Position numbers and translations under genes: made by a program. A DNA stretch of 64,000 nucleotides from a virus (lineage: Duplodnaviria; Caudoviricetes). The notes under the pieces are model-generated. The model ran no database searches. It had not been told where the DNA came from and saw nothing but the letters and a program-made list of their open reading frames with translations. Below are positions 51,597-59,635 of this stretch, piece after piece; position 1 is the stretch's first letter; the number at the start of each line of letters is the position of its first letter. The stretch lies in IMG/VR virus record IMGVR_UViG_3300045747_000505, one strand, 5' to 3'.

Positions 51597-51866
51597 ATGC
51601 AACTCTCACACTCCGACCTTCAGGTCTATCGTCTCCTGACCGATCCACTCGTCGGCGAAGGACCAGGCGAATACTTTCGTCGGCAGCGCGACACGCTCGC
51701 CGTGCAAGATGTCGGCAACGCCGAGTTGATTCGCCTCTGCAACGTTCGTCGTCAAGCCGACTACGTCGAGGGCCTCGTCGAGCGCCTCAAGGCGAAGGAT
51801 GCTGGTACCCTCGACGCGCTGGTTGAAGCCGTCGTTCTCCTCCTCAACACTCAATACAAGCCATGA
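51597..51866 (+). CDS. Hypothetical protein
   Basis: GAGG RBS after TATAAT promoter. Confidence 0.65.
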   Translation: MQLSHSDLQVYRLLTDPLVGEGPGEYFRRQRDTLAVQDVGNAELIRLCNVRRQADYVEGLVERLKAKDAGTLDALVEAVVLLLNTQYKP

Positions 51867-52087
51867 CCACCATCGCCCTCCCCAATCCCTGGAACAGCAT
51901 CGAAGCCACGCCCGAACAGTGCCGGCTCATGCATCAGCTGCACGCTGATGAGCAGCGCTCCATCGCCGCTGGCCAGCACTATCAGGCGGTCGCCGTGGCC
52001 ACTGGCTCCACTCCACAGCAGAAGCGCGACGCTTACGACGCCTACCGCTACTCGCTGGATGCCAACCACCCCGCCAACTTCTGGTGA
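51863..52087 (+). CDS. Hypothetical protein
   Basis: ATGA-coupled ORF. Confidence 0.6.
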   Translation: MTTIALPNPWNSIEATPEQCRLMHQLHADEQRSIAAGQHYQAVAVATGSTPQQKRDAYDAYRYSLDANHPANFW

Positions 52088-52091
52088 GACC

Positions 52092-52430
52092 ATGGCCCTC
52101 ATCTTCATCGCCGTCCCCACCTCCGGCGTCGTCACGGACAGCGTGCTCAACGAGAGCTTCATCGCCGACGTCGCCAAGCTTCACGAGCTGTATCCACAGC
52201 ACACATTCATCGTGCCGATGATTCAGGACTACGCGCTGCTGCCGTACCTGAAGGTCGAGGCGACGTGGGAGGTCTGGGGCCACCACTGCAAGGCGCTCAT
52301 CGAAGCGTGCCGCGAGGTCTGGATCCTGATGTATCCCGGCTGGGCCAAGTCGACCGGCGTTCGTGGCGAGATTGAAATCGCCGAGGACTTCGGCACTCCG
52401 GTGGTCCGCATTCCGATCCCGCTGCGATAA
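52092..52430 (+). CDS. DUF1937-like (nucleoside deoxyribosyltransferase-fold) protein
   Basis: IFIAVP...W...C.EVWILMYPGWAKSTGVRGEIEIA. Confidence 0.6.
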   Translation: MALIFIAVPTSGVVTDSVLNESFIADVAKLHELYPQHTFIVPMIQDYALLPYLKVEATWEVWGHHCKALIEACREVWILMYPGWAKSTGVRGEIEIAEDFGTPVVRIPIPLR

Positions 52431-52457
52431 ATAGGAGACACATAGCAGGAGACGAAG

Positions 52458-52643
52458 ATGGTCATACGGTCCCGTCGGCAGGAAGCGCCAGTCGTTGAAG
52501 AAACAACTGAAAGGCCTACGTACGGAATCATTGTCATCGACGTCTTTCAAACGGACCTGACCGAGGATGAGCTGAGCGACATCAAGCGCATCTTCGAGCA
52601 GATTCGGCGTGATCTCGATTCCATCGTACAGGGACAACCATGA
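52458..52643 (+). CDS. Hypothetical protein
   Basis: AGGAG RBS after ATAAATA. Confidence 0.55.
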   Translation: MVIRSRRQEAPVVEETTERPTYGIIVIDVFQTDLTEDELSDIKRIFEQIRRDLDSIVQGQP

Positions 52644-53221
52644 AGCTTCTTGAAATCCGAGCCGTCGGCAACTCGCCGATCGACCTCTCCGACCCAGACA
52701 ACAGGCCTGGCGCCTACGAGCGTGAGGGTGCTGCACGCGACTCCTACGCGCAGAAGATCGCCAAGGGCTCAGCCGAAGCCGACAAGATGGCTGAAAAGCT
52801 CGGTGGCACGCTGAAGAAGCATCCGCCAAGCCAGTTCATTTCAGGCGACACGCCGTTCTGGACAATCTCTGGTCTCGACTTCGAAACGAAGGGTGGCAAG
52901 AAGGTTCGCTGCTCAATCGACCGTGAGCCTCATCACCGTCGTCAGGCGCTGTTCTTCCGCAACACCTTTCTGAAGCATCCGAAAGGCGTTCACAGCCACG
53001 ACAACGAGGCGAAGCGCACCATCGAAGCCCTTGAGCGTGAGATCAGCTCTGCTCATGAAGAAGCCTTCGGCAAGCGGGCGCTTGGCACCGACTTCCTCTA
53101 TGATTCGAACGACAAGGACTACACGCTCATCGGCCTCAGCGTTGGCATTCCGCTGATGGACGGCGTCAAGGGAGTTCAGTTCGTCAAGAAGGTCATCGCT
53201 CTCATCACGAAGCAGTTCTAA
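52640..53221 (+). CDS. Hypothetical protein
   Basis: ATGA-coupled; phage codon usage. Confidence 0.7.
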   Translation: MKLLEIRAVGNSPIDLSDPDNRPGAYEREGAARDSYAQKIAKGSAEADKMAEKLGGTLKKHPPSQFISGDTPFWTISGLDFETKGGKKVRCSIDREPHHRRQALFFRNTFLKHPKGVHSHDNEAKRTIEALEREISSAHEEAFGKRALGTDFLYDSNDKDYTLIGLSVGIPLMDGVKGVQFVKKVIALITKQF

Positions 53222-53895
53222 TGCCAACCGCCCAGCTTCGCTCGCTGGCTGCCAAGTCAGACAAGACTCTTGGTGACCTCGAGCGCTACTGGGCAGACGC
53301 CAAGGTTGAAGCTCATCACAAGTTCAAGAAGAAGGACAAGCACTTCTGGGCCTACGTCGTCGGTATCGTCAAGCGCCGCGCTGGGCTGAGCGAAGAGGAC
53401 ATCAGCTTCAAGACCTATCTGCTCCTCATCGAGGACGACAAGGCGCACGGCAAGGCTCTCGAGCGAACAGGCTTCTGGGGCAAGGCTGGTGCGGGTTGTA
53501 TCATTTTAGCTCGGGACACGGGAAGAATCTGCCTGCCGAAGCGAAGCAAGGACGTGGAGCAACCACACACTTGGGGAACTTGGGGTGGCGCTATCGACGG
53601 AAGAGAGGCGCCTAAGGCCGCTGCAGAGCGCGAGGTCCGTGAGGAAGCTGGATATACAGGCAAGCTCGAAATCGTTCCCCTGTACGTTTATAAGCATCCC
53701 AGTGGCTTCACCTACCACAACTTCCTGGCCATCGTGGACAAGGAGTTCGAGCCAGAGCTGAACTGGGAAACGTCGACCTACCGTTGGTGCTCGCCAACGA
53801 AGCTGCCGTCGCCGCTGCACTTCGGTCTGAAGGGTCTGCTTGCCGACGCCGCAAGCTGGCAGAAGATCAAAGACGCTCAACCTAAAAAGACGTAG
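53221..53895 (+). CDS. Nudix hydrolase with N-terminal helical domain
   Basis: Nudix box GGAIDGREAPKAAAEREVREEAG. Confidence 0.88.
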   Translation: MPTAQLRSLAAKSDKTLGDLERYWADAKVEAHHKFKKKDKHFWAYVVGIVKRRAGLSEEDISFKTYLLLIEDDKAHGKALERTGFWGKAGAGCIILARDTGRICLPKRSKDVEQPHTWGTWGGAIDGREAPKAAAEREVREEAGYTGKLEIVPLYVYKHPSGFTYHNFLAIVDKEFEPELNWETSTYRWCSPTKLPSPLHFGLKGLLADAASWQKIKDAQPKKT

Positions 53896-53924
53896 CCTGA
53901 AGACTGAGACATAGAGTAAAATAC

Positions 53925-54256
53925 AGACATGGGTGCTACAGCCATTCTGTAGTGATTGTTGTAATTCGGAGCAAGTTGAAGGATTCTGGACGCGGGTTCG
54001 ATTCCCGCCAGGTCCACCACAAAACACATACCGCCGGCTGTAGAATTCGGCAACACCTTAGGGACGATCCACGTGGTGTGTGTTTTGTAATGGGCCTGAC
54101 CTGGTCTCGACAGGGTTACGGAGATGCGCACACGCAACACGAGAGTCGACCGACGTAATCGGCGAAAACACGCTAAGTGCAAACGAAGCAAACTTCCGTC
54201 TGGCTGCTTAATACCCAGCTCACGGTGAGGCTAACCACCTTATAAAGCAACGGTGA
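53925..54256 (+). ncRNA. ssrA: Circularly permuted (two-piece) tmRNA; tag ANEANFRLAA*
   Basis: 3' acceptor piece GCGGGTTCGATTCCCGC-CAGGTCC-A-CCA ends at 54019 and precedes the 5' piece GGGCCTGAC-CTGGTCTCGAC at 54092; G3.U70 pair; tag frame 54179-54211; outer ends approximate. Confidence 0.9.
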
Positions 54257-54282
54257 GGACAGGACACTTCGGTGTCCTGTCC
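54257..54282 (+). terminator. Hairpin after tmRNA coding piece
   Basis: GGACAGGACAC-TTCG-GTGTCCTGTCC. Confidence 0.75.
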
Positions 54283-54306
54283 GCTATCATTTATACTGGA
54301 GACCCT

Positions 54307-54795
54307 ATGCGCAAGCTGCTCGCCGCTCTCATGCTCACCCTCTCGCTGGGCGCTGCTGCCCAGTCGGAGCCGCATGTTCAGATCGGCGCAGCAGACTTCA
54401 CGGTCTTCAAGGTCTATCCGAACTTTGCGCTGCTCTTCGACCGCGAGTCGATGCATGGTGATGCCAACACCGGCGACGCGGTGATGACGATCAAGATTCA
54501 CCTGAAGTCCCCAGACCCAAGGCTCGTGCCGAAGTTTCCGGTCAAGTTCCTCGTCAACACTCTCTTCATCGAGTGCGAGAAGGATCAAGTCACGGTGCTG
54601 GTCAGCCAGATGTATGACGATGAGAATGACCTCGTCGGCATTCGTCGATACTACCCGCCCATTTCGAACCCACACTCAGAAGGTGCGCCGGCCACTGAGG
54701 TCCTCGACTTCGCCTGCGCCTCGAATCCGAAGTACCCGAACAAGCGTAACACGCCTATAATTGTTACACCTGACGATGACCGGAATGGTGTATAA
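54307..54795 (+). CDS. Secreted protein (surface-adhesin-like small beta protein)
   Basis: Signal peptide MRKLLAALMLTLSLGAAA; two Cys. Confidence 0.75.
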   Translation: MRKLLAALMLTLSLGAAAQSEPHVQIGAADFTVFKVYPNFALLFDRESMHGDANTGDAVMTIKIHLKSPDPRLVPKFPVKFLVNTLFIECEKDQVTVLVSQMYDDENDLVGIRRYYPPISNPHSEGAPATEVLDFACASNPKYPNKRNTPIIVTPDDDRNGV

Positions 54796-54816
54796 TAGCC
54801 TCATGGAATCACAAAA

Positions 54817-54891
54817 GCGTCGTTAGCTCAATGGTAGAGTACGGGCCTCTAAAACCCAGGGTTATCGGTTCGATCCCGATACGACGCACCA
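54817..54891 (+). tRNA. tRNA with CUA anticodon (amber suppressor), tRNA-Lys-like body
   Basis: Acceptor GCGTCGT/ACGACGC-A-CCA, D-arm GCTC/GAGT, loop CT-CTA-AA (CTA 54849-54851), T-arm ATCGG-TTCGATC-CCGAT; anticodon stem has only 3 Watson-Crick pairs. Confidence 0.85.
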
Positions 54892-54912
54892 CCTCTTTTC
54901 AAGGAACCCAAA

Positions 54913-55206
54913 ATGTCTCTCTACGATCGCATGCCCCGCACGTCTGGCGAGAACATCGCCAACCGTCTCGCCTCGCAGAAGCTGAGCACCGACATGTGGG
55001 TGGGCAAGTTCGACAAGTGGCCTGATGGCTGCGGTGTTCGCAACGCCTCGCTCGCCCTCGGCAAGTGGATGGGCCTGTACGAAGCGCTCGGTCAGATTCA
55101 GCCTGAGCTGATCACGCAAGAGATGCAAGCCACGATGCGCGTCTACGCTGACGCCTGGGAGCGCATCGAGAATGTTCCACTTCGCCAGTACGAGCGGCTT
55201 GCGTGA
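54913..55206 (+). CDS. Hypothetical protein
   Basis: AAGGA RBS, co-transcribed after the tRNA. Confidence 0.7.
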   Translation: MSLYDRMPRTSGENIANRLASQKLSTDMWVGKFDKWPDGCGVRNASLALGKWMGLYEALGQIQPELITQEMQATMRVYADAWERIENVPLRQYERLA

Positions 55207-55442
55207 AGGGTCTCAGTCCACTCGGCCTCGTCAAGGATCATCACATTGATCGAGGTCCGTGGGCGATTCGAATTGGGCAGATGCTGAAGGACGTTGGGCG
55301 ACAAGTGTTGCCCATCTCGAATCAAACGGTGCTGCCGGTGCTGACTGACATCGTCGAGGACGAGTTCGTTGCCACCGTGCCAACGATCGACAAGCACGAA
55401 GTTGGATTTCAAATTGGGGACATGGTGCTACCAAATGATTGA
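55203..55442 (+). CDS. Hypothetical protein
   Basis: GTGA overlap. Confidence 0.5.
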   Translation: MKGLSPLGLVKDHHIDRGPWAIRIGQMLKDVGRQVLPISNQTVLPVLTDIVEDEFVATVPTIDKHEVGFQIGDMVLPND

Positions 55443-55617
55443 AGTCATCAAAGCAAGAGACAAGGCCGTGTGGAAGGTCAAGCTCGACAAGAAGCTGGTC
55501 GGTGAGATTCGCTTTCTCAATCCAGGCTTTCAGTACTTTCCGCGTGGCTCGAAGGAGGGTGGCGGTGTGCTGCCCTCGCTGAACGCCGTCATCAAGTCGC
55601 TCGAGGACTATTCCTGA
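55435..55617 (+). CDS. Small hypothetical protein
   Basis: GGGGA RBS; MIEVIKARDK... Confidence 0.55.
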   Translation: MIEVIKARDKAVWKVKLDKKLVGEIRFLNPGFQYFPRGSKEGGGVLPSLNAVIKSLEDYS

Positions 55618-55764
55618 ACCTAAACAAATCGATGTACAAGTCCTAAGGACAGTGTACAATAGGAACTGTTGAGAAGCTCACAGTGGTGAGCAGTATCTTA
55701 GATAGTTGGCATAGACCGGGACCCCGTTGTCGCCCAGCCACAAACGACGACATCAACTAGTGAG

Positions 55765-56151
55765 ATGATCATGTAGATCCGCACTTCCAAAACCTACCTC
55801 TACGCAATCACACGCCGCGATCTCCCACTCGCGCAACAGGCTGTTCAAGCTGGCCACGCCGCCATTGAGCACGCTTACCAACATGGTCGTCCGCACGATC
55901 ATCATCCGTCGTACATCAAGCTGACGACGCGAGACAAGGCCGCTCTTCTCGAGCTTCAGGCCACGCTTGCCACGCACGGCATTCAAACCGCAGAATTTCA
56001 CGAGCCATACAAAGCTTGGGGCCTCACCGCAATCGCCTGTCTTCTCGGCGAGGAACAACGCTGTCTGTTACGACAGTTACAGCTTTGGACCACGCAGAAT
56101 GCTCAGGTTCGTGATACAATGGACACATCAACCACTCGGAGTTTCTCATGA
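55765..56151 (+). CDS. Peptidyl-tRNA hydrolase type 2 (Pth2)-like protein with in-frame TAG at codon 4 (missed by the ORF track)
   Basis: ATG ATC ATG TAG ATC CGC...; KTYLYAITRRDLPLAQQAVQAGHAAIE...FHEPY...GLTAIA; TGA overlaps the next ATG. Confidence 0.75.
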
Positions 56152-56627
56152 CTCATCCCCTCGTTACCAAGTGCCTCGCCGCTCAGGCCGAGGTCGACAG
56201 CATCGTAGCCCTGCTCAAGGGAAATAGCAAGCACCAGATCGACATCATGAAGGAGCTCATCGAGCGCGCCGACATGCCCGAGATCAAGCTGGACAAGCGC
56301 TTCGCTGGTCTCTTCAGCTACGACTACATCGAGATCGAGGTCTCCAGCGCTGGCCGCGCCTCCTTCAGTGTCTGGGAGGATGCCTACGCCGATATCCCGG
56401 AGGAGAACGTCGGTGAGTTCGACCTCAGCGAGCACATCCTCGACGGTCGTGACGACGACTTCCGGCTCGAGTACGAAGCCTACGTGGCTCGGATCGCCGA
56501 GGCCTTTCGTGAGCGCGCGTGGATTCAGCGCGACGCCGAGATCGCTCGTGCTCGCGCCACCCTCGACCAGCTCGAGCGGCAGCGCGAAGCCATCATCGCC
56601 CACGGCCCCATCAGGATCAAGTCATGA
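56148..56627 (+). CDS. Hypothetical acidic protein with C-terminal coiled coil
   Basis: CGGAG RBS after TACAAT promoter. Confidence 0.75.
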   Translation: MTHPLVTKCLAAQAEVDSIVALLKGNSKHQIDIMKELIERADMPEIKLDKRFAGLFSYDYIEIEVSSAGRASFSVWEDAYADIPEENVGEFDLSEHILDGRDDDFRLEYEAYVARIAEAFRERAWIQRDAEIARARATLDQLERQREAIIAHGPIRIKS

Positions 56628-56869
56628 ACCTCGCCGAAGCACAAGCCGCCCACAAGGCTGCGATCGACCTGCGAACCGAGCTGTGGCGCCGGGTTCCCAA
56701 GACCATTCAACTACCCGACTGGCGCGATGAGGGTGAGTTCGACACCTTCGAGCTGTACCACATCGACGCCATTGGTCTGACGGCCAGCTATCGCATGTAC
56801 ATCGGTCGCAATGAGTACGACTACTCTGCGGCCCAACCAATCATCCTCACCGAGCTCTTCAAGGACTGA
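56624..56869 (+). CDS. Hypothetical protein
   Basis: ATGA overlap. Confidence 0.6.
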   Translation: MNLAEAQAAHKAAIDLRTELWRRVPKTIQLPDWRDEGEFDTFELYHIDAIGLTASYRMYIGRNEYDYSAAQPIILTELFKD

Positions 56870-56870
56870 C

Positions 56871-57344
56871 ATGACCACCTTCACCATCATTCACCTCACG
56901 CCGGCCTCGAACAGGGACTGGAGCGGCGAAGATCAGAGCTACATCACTCAAGAAGCTCAGACCCGAATCGACATCACACGCGTCATCGAGCGCGCGGCCG
57001 ACTTCTGGATGGACGGCATCAAGAAGGCCGGCCATGAGAAGAACACGTTCATCCTCATCAACGGTCGCGAGCCCGAGGACTATCCCTACAACCAGGACGT
57101 GGACGTCAACGACTACCTCGACGATGACCCCTACACTCCCGAGGAGCTGGGCGACTACGCTACGCTTCGCGCCATTGTGAACGCAAAGGTCGACGACTGG
57201 AAGGCCGAGAAGGCCGCAGCTGAAGAAGCCGAACGTCAACGCCTCGCAAATCTGGCTGCTGCAAAGGCTCGTCAAATCGCTCAGATGCAGCGTGACAAGG
57301 ACGAAGCCGACTTTCAGCTGCTCAGGCGCAAGCTGGGCAAGTGA
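56871..57344 (+). CDS. Hypothetical protein with C-terminal coiled coil
   Basis: AAGGA RBS. Confidence 0.7.
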   Translation: MTTFTIIHLTPASNRDWSGEDQSYITQEAQTRIDITRVIERAADFWMDGIKKAGHEKNTFILINGREPEDYPYNQDVDVNDYLDDDPYTPEELGDYATLRAIVNAKVDDWKAEKAAAEEAERQRLANLAAAKARQIAQMQRDKDEADFQLLRRKLGK

Positions 57345-57397
57345 TCACAACCGTCCGCGCACTTCTAATAGCATTAGTTGGCAAATAAGGAATTGCA

Positions 57398-57490
57398 ATG
57401 ATCTAGGTAAACGCAGTCGCTCGTGGTCCTCCGAGGTTGAATGACACATTCACGGTTCATTCACTTCACATTTCAAGGATCACATCATGA
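57398..57490 (+). other. Amber-interrupted leader ORF (ATG ATC TAG ... TGA) coupled to the next gene
   Basis: AAGGA RBS at 57387; read-through frame has no other stop until TGA 57488-57490, which overlaps ATG 57487. Confidence 0.55.
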
Positions 57491-57873
57491 CCAAGCTCTA
57501 CGACAATCTCTACGCCGAGTTCTCCTTCACCTCCCGTGAGGAGTATCTCGAGGCATCCAAGCGCTGGAAGGCTGACTACGCTCAGCGCTCAGCGAACATT
57601 CGCACCACCCGTGCCGCCTTCAAGGCCGCGCAGCGTGAGGTCTCCAAGGCCGAGCTCGCGTTCGACGGCAAGCCGCTCTGGCACCTCGACTACGACAACC
57701 CAGCGCGCAAGGCTTGGGTTGCAGCGTCCAAGCCGATGGCCGAAGCCATGTACGCCCTTCGGGATCAGCGTCGCATGGCAGTGCTCATGCTCGAGGTTCG
57801 CTCTGGCATGAAGTGCGAGGCTGGCAATCAGCGTGAGCTGCGTCTTCAGGACGAAGCGCTGAAAGCGGCTTGA
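57487..57873 (+). CDS. Helical phage protein (SREEYL...WKADY type)
   Basis: AAGGA RBS; amphipathic helices. Confidence 0.75.
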   Translation: MTKLYDNLYAEFSFTSREEYLEASKRWKADYAQRSANIRTTRAAFKAAQREVSKAELAFDGKPLWHLDYDNPARKAWVAASKPMAEAMYALRDQRRMAVLMLEVRSGMKCEAGNQRELRLQDEALKAA

Positions 57874-57952
57874 CATAGGACAACCTTGTGATAAATACTG
57901 ACGGTCGAACCTAAACTCGACCGTCAGTACAACTAATCTCAAGGACGCTCCT

Positions 57953-58534
57953 ATGAAGAAGTCTCTCATTGCTCTCGCCCTGCTCGCCGCTACCTCCGCC
58001 TTCGCTGGTGGCACCGGCTTCGTCTCCTACGACTACGACCGCCTCAACAGGGGTCAAGGCCCGCTGCGGTATCAACAGACCGTCAAGACCGGCGTCGCAT
58101 TCGACACTGGCCTTGGCACCGTTGACCTGGCTGGCATCGGTCGTCAGCTCGTCGGCACCGCCAAGGACAACAACCTTGGCGTCGAGGTCGGCTACGGTCT
58201 CAAGCACAAGTACATGGGTGCCACGCTTGGCGCCCGCGCCGCCTGGACTCGCGTCAATCTCGTTGACACTCACAACCGTACCTTCCGTGGTCGCAGCGAG
58301 TACTACACGCTTGGCGCTGACCTGTCGGCTCCGCTGTCCAGCAACACGGCAGCCTTCGTTGGCTACACTCACCTGTCCCCGCTGAACGGTGGCACCTCAC
58401 GCGCCAACCGTACGACCCTCGGTCTGGACCTCAAGCTGACCTCAGCGATGTCGGCTCGCCTCGGCTACGCCTACACGGTTCAAGACGGTCAGTCCCTGAA
58501 CGGGTTCACGACCGCCGTGTCGTACGACTTCTAA
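57953..58534 (+). CDS. Outer-membrane beta-barrel protein
   Basis: Sec signal MKKSLIALALLAATSAFA; alternating amphipathic strands; C-terminal YDF (BAM-type Phe). Confidence 0.8.
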   Translation: MKKSLIALALLAATSAFAGGTGFVSYDYDRLNRGQGPLRYQQTVKTGVAFDTGLGTVDLAGIGRQLVGTAKDNNLGVEVGYGLKHKYMGATLGARAAWTRVNLVDTHNRTFRGRSEYYTLGADLSAPLSSNTAAFVGYTHLSPLNGGTSRANRTTLGLDLKLTSAMSARLGYAYTVQDGQSLNGFTTAVSYDF

Positions 58535-58558
58535 GACCCCGAACCTAGATATAGAGCC

Positions 58559-58620
58559 TTAGGTTCAGGGTTCCTGAACCTAAATAGGACGTACTCGTCC
58601 TGGGCTCAGGGGGTTATAAT
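58559..58620 (+). promoter_or_regulatory. GAACCTA-box promoter (representative); perfect inverted repeat of the box
   Basis: TTAGGTTCAGG-GTT-CCTGAACCTAA; box ends 32 nt before TATAAT. Confidence 0.7.
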
Positions 58621-58665
58621 CAACCCATCGTGTTAAAGAGAGCCCTCACACAATAGGGCTCTCAC

Positions 58666-58983
58666 ATGAAACGCACTCCAAACAAATCCCCTAATCACAA
58701 CCAACTTTGGTATCGTGCGCAGTTGACGCCCATGTCGACCTCGCTATTTACCGACGCTTTTTATCCGAAACCGAAACGAGGTTCAGGCGCACAATACGTG
58801 TTCTTCACCCAGATTGACGTGACACCAACCACGCACAAGGTTATCTTGGCCTCACGCCTGGAAGAATCCGGTGTTAGAATGGTGACACACGAACTGGCAA
58901 CGAGAATCCTCATCCCGAAGGAAAAAGCGACCAAGGCTGAAATGGCAAAACTGAACGAACTGACCGCAAAACTGAAAGTCTGA
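58666..58983 (+). CDS. Hypothetical protein
   Basis: Follows TATAAT promoter; start lies in or next to hairpin GAGAGCCCT/AGGGCTCTC. Confidence 0.6.
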   Translation: MKRTPNKSPNHNQLWYRAQLTPMSTSLFTDAFYPKPKRGSGAQYVFFTQIDVTPTTHKVILASRLEESGVRMVTHELATRILIPKEKATKAEMAKLNELTAKLKV

Positions 58984-59633
58984 TGACCTACTTTACCTAC
59001 CTCTACTCGGACCCAAAAGTTGGCGTCTGGCGATACGTAGGTAAGGGCGACTCTTTTAGACCGTTCGCTCACCAACGAAAGGCTTCTAACAAACAACTGA
59101 CATCGATGATTCGGAAGAGAATGAATGAAGGGTTCAAGATAGAACCAGTCCTCATTCAAGCGCCATCTGAGATGTCGGCCTTTGCGATGGAAATCTTTTG
59201 GATTGCGGTTATTGGGCGTGAAGACCTTGAGTTAGGAACGCTCTTCAACAAAACAAATGGCGGCGAAGGTGTAAGCGGACGAGTTGTAGGACCAGAAGAA
59301 CGAATGGCTCGTTCGGTCTTGCGAAAAGCCGAATACGCTAGACGCACACCAGCAGAGTGGGAACACTTCAACAGACAACGTAGTCAAAACCTCCATTCAA
59401 AATCAGATAGCGAAAAGGCTATCATCGCTGAAAAAATCTCGCTCGCTACATCGGCATCCTATCAGGGAAAAGATGAGGCGTCCAAGGCTGAAATCTCTAG
59501 GAAGAAGGCCGAAGCGAAAACAAAGTATCATCAAGGCCTGAGCGAAGAACAACGTGCCGCACGTGCGAAGAACATCGCCGACGGTATGGCTCGAGCCAAA
59601 GCCCTAAAACTCTCGGAAAAACTGAAGGTCTGA
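58983..59633 (+). mobile_element. Free-standing GIY-YIG (LEM-3-like) homing endonuclease
   Basis: YTYLY...YVGKG...R...H...EIFWIAVIGR...GTLFNKTNGGEG; A-rich; flanked by a 16-nt direct repeat. Confidence 0.8.
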
Positions 59634-59635
59634 AC

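Noticed and set aside
56085-56098. 14-nt match TTGGACCACGCAGA shared with 62097-62110
   Set aside because: Several 14-mer matches are expected by chance in 64 kb (about 2e9 pairs over 4^14) and the contexts differ
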